Shown here: one piece after another, positions 41,630 to 55,300 of the stretch
Position numbering within the stretch: position 1 is the first letter of the stretch
How the letters are laid out: each line of letters opens with the position of its first letter
Origin: Haliotis rubra
Taxonomy: Eukaryota
Length of the DNA: 64,000 nucleotides
NCBI RefSeq assembly: GCF_003918875.1
Contig: NW_025765539.1
Coordinates: 1 to 64,000, forward strand
Reading direction: 5' to 3'
The notes under the pieces: generated by a model
What the model saw: the letters and a program-made list of their open reading frames with translations, nothing else
Told to the model about the DNA's origin: nothing
Databases searched by the model: none
Made by a program: the position numbers and the translations under genes

Positions 41630-41836
41630 CTATTCACCTAAACAAGTCGGGAACATATGGTAAGTCTAAATAGGGAATTGCATCGTGCATCATTTTGTTA
41701 CTGATGCATCAAAATTTGACGAGTCTTTCACATATCTCCCATAAAACCTTTTGAAAACTTTACTGAGGCTTTGAATGTTGTAACCTTGATCGAACAATTT
41801 CTGAGCAAGAGTCGTATTACGTTCTTTGAAATCCTG
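41630..41836 (-). pseudogene. Second Penelope-like RT C-terminal fragment, inverted relative to 40430-40600
   Basis: Minus strand QDFKERNTTLAQKLFDQGYNIQSLSKVFKRFYGRY. Nucleotide similarity to caggaattcaaagagcgt...gctcagaagttgtttgatcgaggtaacaacattc at 40427-40490. Confidence 0.75.
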
Positions 41837-42017
41837 ACCACCCGATCCCGATAGTCATATAATATTGTTATATCCCGTGTTTTCAACTGTAAATACAATA
41901 GAATAATGCTAAAATGTGTATGTATAATATTGAGTTGAATGTAACTTTGTGTTTATAGCGAATACCTATAAACGTGTTATAGGTATGAACTTGGTATCGT
42001 CGCTATATGACTGTGAT

Positions 42018-42415
42018 AATTAATTTTTAACTTAATCAAGCTATATGGCACCGACCTGTAACCAAAAGTTCAAACTAATCAATCCATTAATTGACATGAT
42101 GAACATCAATCTTCATATAAATTAAATTTTAATTTAATCAAGCTATATGGCACCGACCTGTAACCAAAAGTTTAAACTAATCAATCCATTAATTGACATG
42201 ATGAAAATCAATCTTCATATAAATTAAATTTTAACTTAATCAAACTATATGGCATCGACTTGTAACCAAAAGTTGAAACTAATCAATCCATTAATTGACA
42301 TGATGAACATCATTCATCATATATAAATTAAATATTAACTTAATCAAACTATATGGCACCGACCTGTAACCATTACTGTGGAGTAATCAATACACTAAAT
42401 GACATGGTGAACATC
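42018..42415. repeat. 102-bp tandem repeat, about 4 copies
   Basis: ctatatggca(c/t)cgac starts at 42041, 42143, 42245 and 42349. Confidence 0.95.
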
Positions 42416-42491
42416 AAACTATGCAATCGGGGTACGATGACTTCGTATAACTATCCACAGAAGACCATTGAGTCGTAAATAGATTGCATGA

Positions 42492-42732
42492 TTGGTTGGT
42501 TTGTTGTTTAACTCCGCACTCCGCAATATTCCAGCTATATGGCGGCGGTCTGTAAATGATCGAGTCTGGACCTGGCAATCCAGTGATCAACATCATCGAT
42601 CTACGCAGTTGGGATACGATGACATGTGTCAACCAAGTGAGCGAGCCTGACCACCCGTTCCCGTTAGTCGCCTCATACGACAAGCCTGGACTGGTGAACA
42701 CTATGGTCAACTCTCACCTGGACCTTCACGGG
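42492..42732 (-). mobile_element. Non-tRNA SINE family copy
   Basis: Similar over its full length to 55131-55375. Starts cccgtgaaggtccagg on the minus strand and ends in an (AACC)n-like tail. Confidence 0.88.
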
Positions 42733-42934
42733 TTAAGTAACAATCGGCGTCAACTTTGTGTGCAGACTCTTTCAGTGTTGTCACAAGCCCTAGTGTACAG
42801 TACACAACCCTGTGCAATTGAAAGAACCCTCGAATCCGTTGGTATATGACCAGATGGTGGCCACATGAATACGTGCAAACACCTAGTTGTGGCTACAGCA
42901 ACGTGCAGTAAACTTGGACAAAGTACTGTGACTA

Positions 42935-43070
42935 TGTGTCCCAGTCCACCAAGCTGTTAATGGGTACCTTGTAAGGATGGGAACGCCGCAATAAGAGTTG
43001 TATGCTCACCCGGGAGTTGAGATTAATAATACGATGTGCCGTTGAGATTGACATCCAATCATCCAGGGAA
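42935..43070 (+). mobile_element. SINE-like fragment (central conserved domain)
   Basis: cagtccaccaagctgttaatgggtacc resembles the widespread ccacccagctgtaaatgggtacc SINE central motif. No head or TSD seen. Confidence 0.45.
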
Positions 43071-44059
43071 AACTACCAGCGCCAGTGACTAATACAATTG
43101 TCCACTGGCTGAATCGATACTGTTTTCCTCTGAAAGGCCGAATAAAGAAACCCGCATGTTGATCGGTTTATCAGTTTATTCAGAACCTGAGCCATATGCA
43201 AATGGTAAGTCCTTCAATCAGCACCGTATTGGTGATCATCTCTGTATCAGTTCAGTTACCCGGTCTGAACGTTCAAACCCTCGTTTAAGGAACACTCACT
43301 GACGTACTGAAGTTGACCATAATATATTTCCATTTCTTGGCTTGATGAGTAGAGAATTGGGACATTTTTTCTGAGATAATAACAATAAAGGCACTTGATG
43401 AGAAGTATATGTGGTAAGTATGTTTGAGTATACCTTGCTGCTATACTCATCAAAATGAGCGCATAAGCTCTGAACACGTTTCATCAATTGATCTGCGGGG
43501 GAGTGTATTTCGGTATAGGAGTCAATTGATGAACGCCCTATTGAACCATACATTGAATTATAATTCTTCCAGACGCTTCGCTAGAAGTTCTGATATATTT
43601 GAATTTTCAGAATGATATAACGTATCGAGGTAAGATCTTATGGATAATCCTGTACAGAATGAAACAATGGCATTGTCACAGATTGGTATATACTTCACAC
43701 AGTGATTTTACAGCCGCTTTGACGTTGTGGACGTGATGGACTGTTTACCACGTCGTAGACGTCATGGACTGTTTACCGGGCGACGCCCAAGGAGTGTGTT
43801 CTCTGCTGGCATGAGAAAGTGGATTTCTATGTATACAACATGGATATAAATGAAATTTGTTGAATATCAGAGCCTTGTGTTTTGTTTGTTACATAAATAT
43901 ATTTTTCCTATATAGAAGATACCCTATGTGTCTAGTGGATTTGATGTACCTGTCGTCGTGTGGCGTGATAAACGTGATATTTGATGAACATTTATTTTGT
44001 TGTGTGAAAAGATACTGGACAGAAACTTTTGATGGACAAAGAAGTAGCTCCGACAAAGA

Positions 44060-44113
44060 GATATTTTCACTTCAGTGACCATGTCAAATTTCTGTCACTG
44101 CAGTGAAAATATC
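44060..44113. repeat. Inverted repeat with 20-bp arms
   Basis: gatattttcacttcagtgac ... gtcactgcagtgaaaatatc, 1 mismatch, 14-nt loop. Confidence 0.85.
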
Positions 44114-44209
44114 ACTTTTCTCAAATCTCAGGCTTTCACACTTAAGTATACAATATATGTTCTTTGTCTACAATATTACTATTTCTAGTTATGTATTTAA
44201 CGGCATTAT

Positions 44210-44605
44210 TATATAGGTAGTAATTTTCCTGTACCACGATTGGGCAAAAGACCGTCACATGATTGACTACAAAACACGATATTGACTTGAGTTTTCTGAT
44301 AAATTACGATATTGACTTGGGTTACTAAAAATAGACAAGGAATCCCGTACGAAGGGGCTTCCCCCACTTTTCAGCCAATCAGATCACTCGGATAGATGGC
44401 ACAGTGTGCGCATTAAAAGTTTATGTTAAAACCCGTTTCTCTTTCATTATATAATAAAACAATTATAGACTCTTGTAGAGGTCGATATCGGTTTTTATTG
44501 ACCTGAGAAAAACAATATCGACCTCGCAAGCTCGGTCGATATTGTTTTACTCAGGTCAATAAAAACCGATATCGACCTCTACAAGAGGCTATAATTGTAT
44601 ATTAT
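44210..44605. mobile_element. Putative non-autonomous DNA element with a near-perfect 65-bp-arm terminal hairpin
   Basis: Arms 44459-44523 and 44534-44598, loop tcgcaagctc. Upstream agccaatcag motif and short gatattgacttg direct repeats. Left boundary is approximate. Confidence 0.65.
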
Positions 44606-45546
44606 CACCGATTCATGTTCCAGTGTCAATTGTGAACATAACGCCGTGTAATGTGTCAACCCTATTTCAGTAGTCCCCTGTCGAGATGATGCTATGATAG
44701 TTCCAATGACGTAAGTATAGGCGACAAAACCCATTCGATATATAAAGAAGAAAGCCCTGTCAAAAAGAAAATATCTAAAAGAATCACTATTAATTAGCGA
44801 TGGTACAAGGTGTTCGCGTAAAGGTGGGCATATCCTGCCCCTCCGTTGGCATCGGTCATAAATACACGCAAATACAAATAAATATTTAACCTGAAGAAAA
44901 CATTTGGGGTCTGTAAACGCGAATATACTGTATCATAAACTTATGTTGATAGTATGCTGGCCCATAGGTGGCACATGTAGATAAACACAGTCATACAAAG
45001 ACAATTAATGTGTTCACCTGAACACTCTCTGTCAATAAATAGACACACTTAAAATCCACCAAAACAATGACATGAGAAATATCTAGCTATTACAATGGTG
45101 GGGAACTGTATAGGCGCACTTTACTGTTACAATGTTTCCTTCAAGCCTTACTATTGGGTATTTATGATTTATTAAGGGCCTCAGAAACCGTCGATAGTAC
45201 ATTGGCATATGAAATTCTAATCATCCTTTCGATTTTTACATTACGTATTAATGATTGATTGAGATTCTAAGAAACTGGCTGATGTCAGTGGATTGACATT
45301 ATATATCTATCATCTGGGTATTTTTTTCAATTTCTTTATTTCTGTCAGATTAGTCGTTTTGGTTTGGTAGCACTGTATCCGTGCTTGTGGCTTACGACAA
45401 ACTCAAGTCTTTTCAAAACATGTCAAATTTAATTGTTTATGTGATTATATTTTTAAAACATGTTTTATATCCCCATGACGTGATATGTATACTGAACAGG
45501 ATACGGAAGCGTAGTAGGGCCACGGTGAAATTTTTTTTTGTGTCAC

Positions 45547-45738
45547 TATCTCCTACGAAGGAGATATTAAGTCCTACGTAGGACATATTATCTCCTACTT
45601 AGGACATACTATCTCCTACGTAGTACTTAATATCTCCTACGTAGGACATACTATCTCCTACGTAGGGCATACTATCTCCTACGTAGGACTTAGTATCTCC
45701 TACGTAGGACGTAGTATCTTCTACGTAGTACTTAATAT
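45547..45738. repeat. 21-bp subterminal tandem repeats (left), core palindrome cctacgtagg
   Basis: tatctcctacgtaggacatac-like units, about 9 copies. Confidence 0.93.
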
Positions 45739-45959
45739 ATCTTTTTTAAGGTTCGAATTATTAAGTATGGTTATTAAGTTGAGAAATGTTTGGCTATGCA
45801 GGTCGTTAGATAGTAGTAGTCAGTGAATACTCATGACACTAACGCAGTGTTACTATACAGTGTTATTGTGTGTGTTACGTTAGGGTGACAGTGAACCTGT
45901 TCTAATTGCAGTTATGGAGGTTTGGGTATATTTATGTTTAATCTATCATACATACATCT

Positions 45960-45962
<3 letters not shown>

Positions 45963-46018
<56 letters not shown>
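45963..46018. repeat. (CA)n microsatellite
   Basis: Directly visible. Confidence 0.97.
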
Positions 46019-46364
46019 GAGAGAGGTGGGTGGGATGGTTGGGGTGAGGTTCTGATCTGAAGCTCGGTTTATAAAACGACCTCCGATAGTTGTTGCTTGT
46101 CTTCAGATGGGGCTAAGGTTGGATCGGATGCAACGCTCGTTTGCGGCTCGGTTTTTTTCGTAATTGTTTACAGGTTGACTTGACTGGGTCGGAAAAGTGT
46201 TGAGTGCGGCGTAAAACAATACGAAACTCACAAAGGCAAAGAATTGTCATTATAGTTGTTTGGATAATTATGAGGGGATACGTACACATAGATTGCAACC
46301 GATAGTCTAAGACTCGTCTGTACACGCACATTATGATTCATGTGCAACGACCTTTGAAATATCC

Positions 46365-46655
46365 AACGCATAACAGTAAAGTGTAACAAAGTGCAACATA
46401 TAACAGTGAACTAACTGCAACGCGTAATAGTAGAGCAAACTGAACGCAAGGCAGTAAAGTATAACAGTCGGTCCAAAGCAGTACTAATGTGCAACACTTA
46501 GTTGAACACATGACTCTAATAGTGAAGGAAACAGTAGACTCTAATAGTAAATTGAAACACATGATAGTAGACTCTAACAGTAAATGAAACACTTAACTGT
46601 AGACTCTAATAGTGAATGAAACGAATGGCTGTAGACTCTAACAGTGACTGAAACA
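46365..46655. repeat. Degenerate ~30-bp tandem repeats
   Basis: gtagactctaa(t/c)agt(a/g)aa(t)tgaaac recurs about 5-6 times and decays leftwards. Confidence 0.75.
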
Positions 46656-46733
46656 ATCAAACAGGAGATTGTGTGCGTGTCTGGGGCTTTAAGTCGACCG
46701 TTTCAGATTAATGTATATCAACGTATATCGATC

Positions 46734-46970
46734 ATCTCCTACAGGAGATATTAAGTACTACGTAGGAGATACTAAGTCCTACGTAGGAGATACTATGTCC
46801 TACGTAGGAGATAGTAAGTCCAACGCAGTAGATAGTATGCCCTACGTAGGAGATACTATGTCCTACGTAGGAGATAGTAAGTCCAACGTAGGAGATAGTA
46901 TGCCCTACGTAGGAGATACTATGTCCTACGTGGGAGATATTAAGTACTACGTAGGAGATAGGAGATAGTA
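46734..46970. repeat. 21-bp subterminal tandem repeats (right, inverted)
   Basis: gtcctacgtaggagatactat-like units, about 11 copies. Confidence 0.93.
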
Positions 46971-48419
46971 CGACCAAAAAATGTTTTCACCGTGGCCCTA
47001 CTACGCTTCCGTAACCGGATAAAACTCCTTGTGGGGTTTTAAAATAGATGAAGTCAGTCCTATGTTATGGGTTTTTTTACATTATAAACATAAGAAGCGC
47101 GTGGTCTTTTAGAGTGTACAAAGTATACACAAAAAGAACAGAATTTATTCCGTATTTTGGCCATATGGCCTAAAGTACAACTGTAATTGATGTTGTTGGG
47201 TTTTTTAACAGGTCACATGACAGTACGACCTTTATAATAGACGCAAAGCAAACACGTGTTTCAAGTTAATAGCAACATTTCTCATTACATCAATATTTTA
47301 GTATTTAGATGACTAACCGTATTTACACTAGCAGGAAGATATTTTAGGCTTATGGATTTATATTTTTCACAAACATATAGCACATGAGATTCGTCTTCTA
47401 TGGCTCCAAGGTTACATGATGTACATATTACATTTGAAACATCACCTTTAGATTTACGGTAATTGGGTATTTTAAAGTTATGCAGAGAAATTCCAAAGTT
47501 ACAAAAAGCCCGTATTAATGATTTATCATACTATTGTGTTATATAATTTCAGGTTGGAGAAGGGATTTATGTTCAGTGTAATGTTTAAGAAATTACGAAT
47601 TTGGTACATCTGAATGCCAGCTGTGAAACGAAATATCTTTGATTCTTTGCCCAAATGTATTTAAAAACGACATATTTCCAACATCTTGACTAATCCGTAC
47701 AAATGAAAAACCAGTTATGAACAATCACGCTTTCCCATTAGACCCCCAATTTCAATTCGATTTTCCACTTTCATCCAGCGAGTTTAGCATTATATAGCAT
47801 AGGTGCGGATATCGATGATAACTCATTCTTTACAATATATTCCAATATTTTATAACACGTACAAGCGTTACTGAAAACACAATATCTTCACCCAAAATAG
47901 CTCTATTTTATGCAAATTTGCCAACATTTAAAAAACGTTTGAATAATGAAGCATGAACCTCTTCAGTAACATTGTAAGATTTAGTCCCACACATTTTCAG
48001 CACCATATAATAAAATGGAAGCAATTTTACAGCCATACATGGTACAAGCTGACTTGAGTCATATTTGTTTATTTTATTGAAAAGTTGAAATATTGGAAAC
48101 AGAGTTTTGCTAGTTTGATTTGCAAGGACATCACAGGATGTTGACTAATTCAGAACAAATATGATGTTACGCCTAAATATTTATAACATGTAACAGCTTT
48201 AATTTGGCATTACCAATTGTATTACAAGCATGTATAGTTTACCCATCTCCGTCTCCAGTAACTTAATTCGGTGTATTAAGTCTGTTTTTCAGTTTCCGTC
48301 TGCCTTTCTAAATGCAACTGGGATGGGTCTCAGCGATTTATATGCCTGTCTGAAAGACCTAAGACGTGTAGTACTGCGAACTTCATTCCCAATAAAGCTG
48401 ACACACTGACATAACTGGT

Positions 48420-48773
48420 GAGGTGAGGTGAAATTGGGTTTTACGTCGTACTTGAGAGTATTTCGCTCATATGACGACGTGCATGCGTGTGTATGTGTAT
48501 GTGCGGCTGATTGTACTAGCCCAGACTGAAGCTGGTTTTATAGTGCTAACCCACTGAGATACCATGCCGCAGTGAAGCATGAACACCCCACTCAGACACA
48601 TTATACTGACTCCGAGCCGACCAGTCCTTGTTGTACCCATTAATGCCGAGCGCCAGGCAGGGACCAACAAGTACCATATTTTAACGTCTTTTGGTATGAC
48701 GCGGTCGGGGATCGAACCCACGACCTTCCGCTCTCCGGGCGGACGCTCTAACCACTACACCACGGAGGCGGTC
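48420..48773 (-). mobile_element. Full-length tRNA-derived SINE with V-type central domain
   Basis: Head gaccgcctccgtggtgtagtggttagagcg...gggttcgatcccc has intact A and B boxes. Body tgcctggcgctcggcattaatggg...ggactggtcggctcggagtcagtataatgtgtctgagtgggg matches the V-SINE domain as I recall it. Perfect 12-bp TSD gacataactggt (48408-48419, 48774-48785). Confidence 0.92.
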
Positions 48774-49317
48774 GACATAACTGGTCAATGGATATAGCAT
48801 ATACATATATAGTACCGATGTGTCGATACCTAGTTATCTGTAAAGCTTCAAATCAATTAGGTATTGACACTGACCATGATAAAAACACGCTGTAGAATTA
48901 CGTTAGGGAATCATTGGAAGTAAATGACCGTGGAGAAAGCTGTAGGACGTACACGGAGTCAGGGTGATTACCTTGAGGTAATGCAGATGTAAAGAACTGG
49001 ATTGTTGGATTGTTTGACCACGTTACATTGGTGTCATATGGTACCTATGTGAAGTCGTGAATATCTGAGAATGACACCTATAGATTGTTCGAGCTAGTGT
49101 TCCTATGGCCTGGAGAAAGCTATTTAAGGGAAGAATACATAACATTTTAACAAAGTTGTGTTCTTTGGATGTTACAGTTCGACAGGAGACCGTACTGATT
49201 TAATATCGGTGTCGAATCACAAACTATACTTGGAAACCTGGCACTGTCCAATATTGGTGTGTTGTGAGGATGAATCCACTATCTACAAATGTTTGGAGGG
49301 TACAGTGTAGTTCTGTA

Positions 49318-52300
49318 ATGTATTCATGCAGTATCTTCTCTCTACTTCTGATATTCAGCGATATGACCTCGATCTCAGCTTTTGTAATACAGCAATCCCC
49401 AAAATGTCGCATCGACTACCACAACCTTCCCGCTTCCGTCAGCCTTGACCCTGGGTGTAGCCGTGTGACGTGTGGCTCGCAGTGTGGCGCCCCCCTGTCC
49501 CTCATCACGTGACTGTCAACAAAATGGAGTCTTGGTGTGTAAGGTGTCTGCCCTGCCTACAGCCTTTACGTGTGGCTACGATGAAGCCAACTGCTACGTA
49601 TTTCAAAAGGTATTATACAATATAAATTTAAATACAATTTACAGTAAAAATGTGTTATATTGGCTCCAGAATATTTAATCGCGATTATCCCTCTCATGCA
49701 ACTGTACCAATGCCCGAACCCCAGTCGATGAGCACTCGCAAACAGTTAACCTAGCATTTATTCATTGTGAAAGTACAAATTTCGATTTCTTGATATGGTT
49801 TGGATTTTGAGTGAACGTTTGGTGAAAGGTTCAAAGGCAGCAATTGTAGCTGTTCATAGAAATATGGTTCTCTTTTATCCGAGACACGATAGCGTGTTTA
49901 CGGTCAGAGAATGTATTCATGTAAGTTTATTGTTTGTTGTCACGGATTATATATACTGTGTATCTGCAACATGTCTGTCAAACACTGAATATTTGGAAAT
50001 GGCTCTTATTCTGTCACGCAAAATCACCAACACTTTAGCTCTGGTATTATAAAATATACTGATGTTGTGACCACATCCATCATCTCAATCTCACTATGGA
50101 ACCAATACTTTTTGGCTGTAAGAAAAACGTTTTTACTGACTCTGTTTTTGCCTTGTTCATATTATTGGGAAAATATTACTTGTACAAATGCAAGCTGAAT
50201 TCTGTTTTACCAAATATTGCTCAGTTCAGAAATGAGTTGAGATTGAGATATAGTATTGAAAAATGTATTTTCTTTAACTAAAGCTGTGAATGGTGAGTGA
50301 ATGGATTGTCTTGTTTCGTAAAAATTTCCACCTGTATCCCATTAAATTACTGTATATCTTCGGACTGAGCTGTTCCCTGGCTGCTTAGTTTTCACTGTAA
50401 CAGGGATTAAGAAATAAAATTTAAATTACAAAAACCAATAAAATAAAATATACGATATCCTTGCTGATGCGTGTGCCTATTCGTTCGGTGTATGTCTGCA
50501 ACAATTATACGTACTTTTGGAAATGGTTTCATTCTACCAGACTGAAGCAAACCAAAACTTGAATGATAAAATAAACGATGTCCCGTTTGATACGTGTTTG
50601 GCATCATTAGGTGACCAGCTGCACTAACGAAGGCACAGCAGCAGCTGATGGAACGTGTGTGTGCCCCGTGGGCTTCATGGGGCACCTGTGCCAGCACTAT
50701 GTTCACAGTGAGTACCTGATATTTATTCCTGTTGCTCGTCCACTGGTTTCTCCAGAACTGGTTTAATGATGTGTCATCTTCCACACTTGTCCTGCCCTCA
50801 ACTGCAGTGTTTCATCAAACATCATACTTTTTAAACCCAAAACTCATAATATTCAAAAGAATAAGAATGATAATGAGAACTTTTTGTGACACTTATCTTC
50901 TTCGTGGGGGTAGCCAAGTGGTTAAAGTGTTCGCTCGTCTAACCGATAACCCAGGTTTGATTTGATTTCCCACATGGGTACAATGTGTGTAGCACATTCC
51001 TGCTGTCCCGCGACGTGATATTACTGTAATATTGCTAAACCCAAATCACTCGCTTCAGACCTGAAAACTGACATGTATGTACAAATGAGTTTATTGTTTT
51101 TTCTTAAGCCTGTTACGACATCTACCAGCGTGACTCCAGCAGCGCTGATGGCGAGTATACTCTCCTCACCTCCCAGGACGACGTCATTAACGTCTATTGC
51201 CGCTTCAAGAGCAGCGTGGTCACAACATACTTCTCCAAGGCTGCTGTAGCAAAACTCAACACGCAGGAACTACGTCTCCACTCCAACTCCAACACCACAG
51301 TCGACGTCGTCGCAAAAATGAGCGACGGAACGCAGTCTGAATCAACCCTTACCCAGCTGACCTCATTCTCCACTGTCCCCCTGAGAGTCATGGTCAGTGA
51401 ATATACTGACTATTCTGCGCCCAGTAATGAAAACCTTGGAGCCTATCTATTCCTAGGGTTCCTCACTGAAGACAGAATATCCGTGGGCGTCAGGCACGGC
51501 TACAGCGCCAACGATGTTGATCAAGACTTCGTAAACTGTGACTCAAAGTCTCACAGTTACTTCACTTTTTTCTCCAACATGAACAACCTGCCGCCACAGA
51601 TCGCTAGTGGTGGTATGTGTTCGACATGCATCATGGCGCACTGGAAGACTGGTGCCAAGATGTTACAATCCGGAGACTATCTTCCCGACAACTATATCTT
51701 CGACACAGAAATTCACTTCGGGGGCTGTGGTGGTTTTGGCATCACTACTAGCTGGAACAACGTTGATGGCTTCGCACTTGGCGTCAAATATGGTAGGATG
51801 TGTCGTGTTATATTCCAGTATCTTATTTGCTGCTTTGAACACATGAACAGTTTTTAAAGGCGAAACAGTATTTTTCAGAAACCAAATTTGTGACATTACA
51901 AGGATTTTTCTTTTGAAGCAACAAACACGTTTCCTCCGCTATAAATAATAATACAAGACAAATCTCATGGATGACAACTGCTTGGTTTATTTTACTACAC
52001 CAACTTCTAAAAGCCCTTGAAGAATTTCTATAAACAATAGTTCACCTTGAACCCTGTCACAAATTGCACTTTGTGTTGTATGTTCCGAAGACTAACGATT
52101 CTTAATCAGCAGTGGATTATTTTTTAATGAACATAAACAGCCAAAAACAATGTCCGTCTTCACGACAATGTTGTTTTTAAAGCAGGCTGCATCAAGTGTG
52201 TTTCTTAATCACTATGAAATAGTGATGGTGCCATGTGTTCTAGAAATGGTGAGCAGATCACTCTGTAGGCAGTTATTGATAAATTGCTATTGCGTCACGA

Positions 52301-55300
52301 TTTGAAACGTAGTATGTTTCAGAAATGGTAATTGCGCAAATTGTATGTTAACATGAGATCAATTTCCCTTTAAAACAGGCAGAAACTAATGAATCATTAA
52401 TTTGCTTTTCATTTTGATACGTCCGACAAACATTCAGTTATTCTGTGATCCCAAAATGAATATTGCTGGTGTTAGCAGTTTCGCGAGCAGGAAAACTGCG
52501 AGTTTCATGAAGCATTTATTGCACACTACAAGATTAAACTAACAATGTTAACCTGTTTCCACAGTATATTACTAAGCTAACAATCCCATCCTGTTTTTTA
52601 ATAGCACACTATATATGTTGTCTTTCTAGGGGGTGAGGGGGTTATCGTTTTACGCCGAGCTCAGCAATTTTCGTAAGAGGTGACTAAGAATTGCAGGTGG
52701 TCAGACTCACTGACTTGGTTGACATATATTGTATCCCAACTGCTCATGTTGTTGATCATTGGATTGTCTGGTCCAGATATGATTATTTGCAAATAAAACC
52801 AGACCTACTGACAAGTCGACATTTACATGTGCAATACACACTAAGCTGATGCTTACTCGCTTGCAAAAACACTTTAAAACGCTACCATACAGTTTAGAAT
52901 CAGGTCTCAAGATGCGTGAATATTTATGTAAGAAGAACAATCTGGCACTGTATTTCTATATTAAATTATCTGTTCACTCAGGCATTATATTGTAATGCGC
53001 TTTCCAAACTTCGTGATAGAAAATATGTCTAGGATTTCGATTTTCTCCAAATTTCGTGATAGACAATATGTGAATTTCAGGAGAGTGAATAAGTGAGTTT
53101 AGTTTACGCCGCACTAAGCAATGTTCCAGTTATATGGCGGCAGTCTGTAATAATCGAGTCTGGACCAGACAATCCAGTGATCAACAGCATGAGCATCGAT
53201 CTGCGCAATTGGGAACCGATGACATGAATTTCAGAAGAAGGCGGTTTATTACAACGCGATTATTTGTCGCGTTTGTATCTGTACGATACATATAATGTAT
53301 TAAAGATAACAAATTTGCACTCGGGTTGATTGATAATTATGTTCTGGGGCTGAGCCAAAGACGTAACACATTTCAACAGTTCCCCTCAACGCCGATAAGC
53401 CTTCGTCAATAATATCAGGATATTGGGCCTGTCAGTCTCGCGAGACGCTACGTCCGGTACTAGCTGGTTCACGGCTCCCTTTGCGCGCGCCAACTTGCGA
53501 TATGCGAGACGGGGCCCAGCTTACTTTCGGTACCATATTTCCGGTGACAGACGTATATTCAAGACCCAGTTCTGGTACCAAATTGGGGATTAGATCAGAA
53601 ACTTGTTATTCCAAGGAATATCCGATCGTTAAGTACTGACAACTGACAACCATGAGACCATTCGAAAAGGTATGAAACGTTGTTTGTCACCTGACAACCA
53701 TGAGACCATTCGAAAAGGTATGAAACGTTGTTTGTCACCGGAAGTACTAAGGTCTCGCGAAGTGCCGTGACCTACTTACAGGCCCTATTGTCCCAGTTAC
53801 AAGACCTTCTCTTAGCCGCCCAAAAGGTGATCCACAGAAGCTACAACGTCGTGGTTCAAATGGAAATGGTTTCCCCAGTCTACCACGTCTCTTTGTCAAA
53901 ATTGCACCATGCAATTGCCTAAAACATGCAGCATAATGTGTTCTGTTTTGGAAGATAATGATGCCGCTAGGACTCTCCCAGCCTTCCAAAACACGGAGGC
54001 CCAAACGTTTCCAGGTGATAGGTATTTTGCCTTCTATGGTTGTAGGGATGTCAAAAGTTCCACTTCATGGTTGATTGGATTTATTGCCCTTAGTAGTGAA
54101 CCCAGGTCTCATCCATAGTCACAAATAGTTGCAAGAGCATTGTTGATCAGCTTCAAGCAGATTTGGATTATCATGACAGATGCTATGCCTAGCGCGATTT
54201 TGATCAGATATCTGAATTTTGAAACCCAACATTGCCAATGCAATAATGGAACGGACCACTGAACAATGCTGATTTATATTTTCCGGCCAGTCATCCACAT
54301 ATTGAAGTTGTTTGTTGGGTTGGTTTGGTGTTTAGCTATACTGCGGCGGTCTATATATAATCGAGTCTGGGCCAGACAACTCAGTGATCAAGATCATAAG
54401 CATCAATCTAATTGGGATACAAGGAAATGTGTCAACCTAGTCAGCGAGCCTGACACCTGATCCAGTTAAACGCCTCTTACAAGCATGGATGGCTAAAGAC
54501 CAATTCTAACCCGGCTGATCGCGGGTACATATCGACTATTCACTGGATGGTTTCTTGTCTTGCTAACGTTCCTTCCAGGACGGGTATTATCTTGCACATT
54601 TCCTTTCCCTAGTGTTGTGCGCATACATCTAATATTTTTTTCGTATCAAGCCTTTATATACAGTCAACTCTCGTTAATCCGACACTTGTGGTTGCAGAGA
54701 AATATGTCGGATTAACGAAAATGTCGGATTAATGTATTTGTACTCGTGACAGACATCTTGTGATGAAAACTCAGGTCGGTTGTAAACATTTTATACAGCT
54801 CGCTCTACTGTTATTTCTTGATTAAATCGTCTCAATTAATTATCCTGTGTTCCTAACTAACAAGAGTGATGTTCACCGACATCGGTGTCAAGCAGCCAGT
54901 AAGGCATACGCTAATTACCACTCACGTGTGATTGTTTGTATACGGTCGGGTTATCCGACCGGCTGTGTGATTGTCGGATTAACGAATGTTTTTACAATGT
55001 ATTTACAATAATCAGTTGCTATAAGTACATGATCACTCCACATTCTTCAATTTGTCTATTTTCCAAACATCACAGACCTCTGCCTGTTTTACAGAATTGA
55101 CGCAAGGTTTCGTATATATACCTCTAAGAGCGAGTGAGTGAGTTTAGTTTTACGCCGCACTCAGCAATATTCCAGCTATATGGCGGCGGTCTGTAAATAA
55201 TCGAGTCTGGACCAGACAATCCAGTGATCAACAGCATGGGCATCGATCTGCTCATTTGGGAACCCATGACATGTGTCAACCAAGTCAGCGAGCCTGACCA

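Larger units (their letters stand above)
45502..47013. mobile_element. Non-autonomous TIR transposon with IS3EU-type termini
   Basis: Perfect 29-bp TIR tacggaagcgtagtagggccacggtgaaa / tttcaccgtggccctactacgcttccgta. TAYGG..CCRTA ends, 6-bp flanks acagga / accgga (5 of 6 match), and inverted subterminal 21-bp arrays. No transposase ORF. Confidence 0.85.

Noticed and set aside
43240-43640. Possible decayed transposase or coding fragment
   Set aside because: I could not reconstruct any convincing motif in any frame.
45547-46970. 21-bp palindromic repeats as CRISPR-like repeats, or the YVGD-repeat ORF as a protein
   Set aside because: They are spacer-less subterminal arrays inside a TIR element.
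48700-48773. tRNA gene
   Set aside because: It continues into a SINE body and tail and the whole unit is bounded by a 12-bp TSD.
51793-51857. C-terminal extension of the 213-aa ORF (GRMCRVIFQ...)
   Set aside because: More likely intron read-through after the gtagga donor, since a phase-compatible terminal exon with a polyA signal exists at 55485.
53740-54260. Coding-like segment (YFAFYGCRD...) inside intron 3
   Set aside because: Interrupted by stops and not assignable. It may be a transposon remnant, but I cannot support a call.
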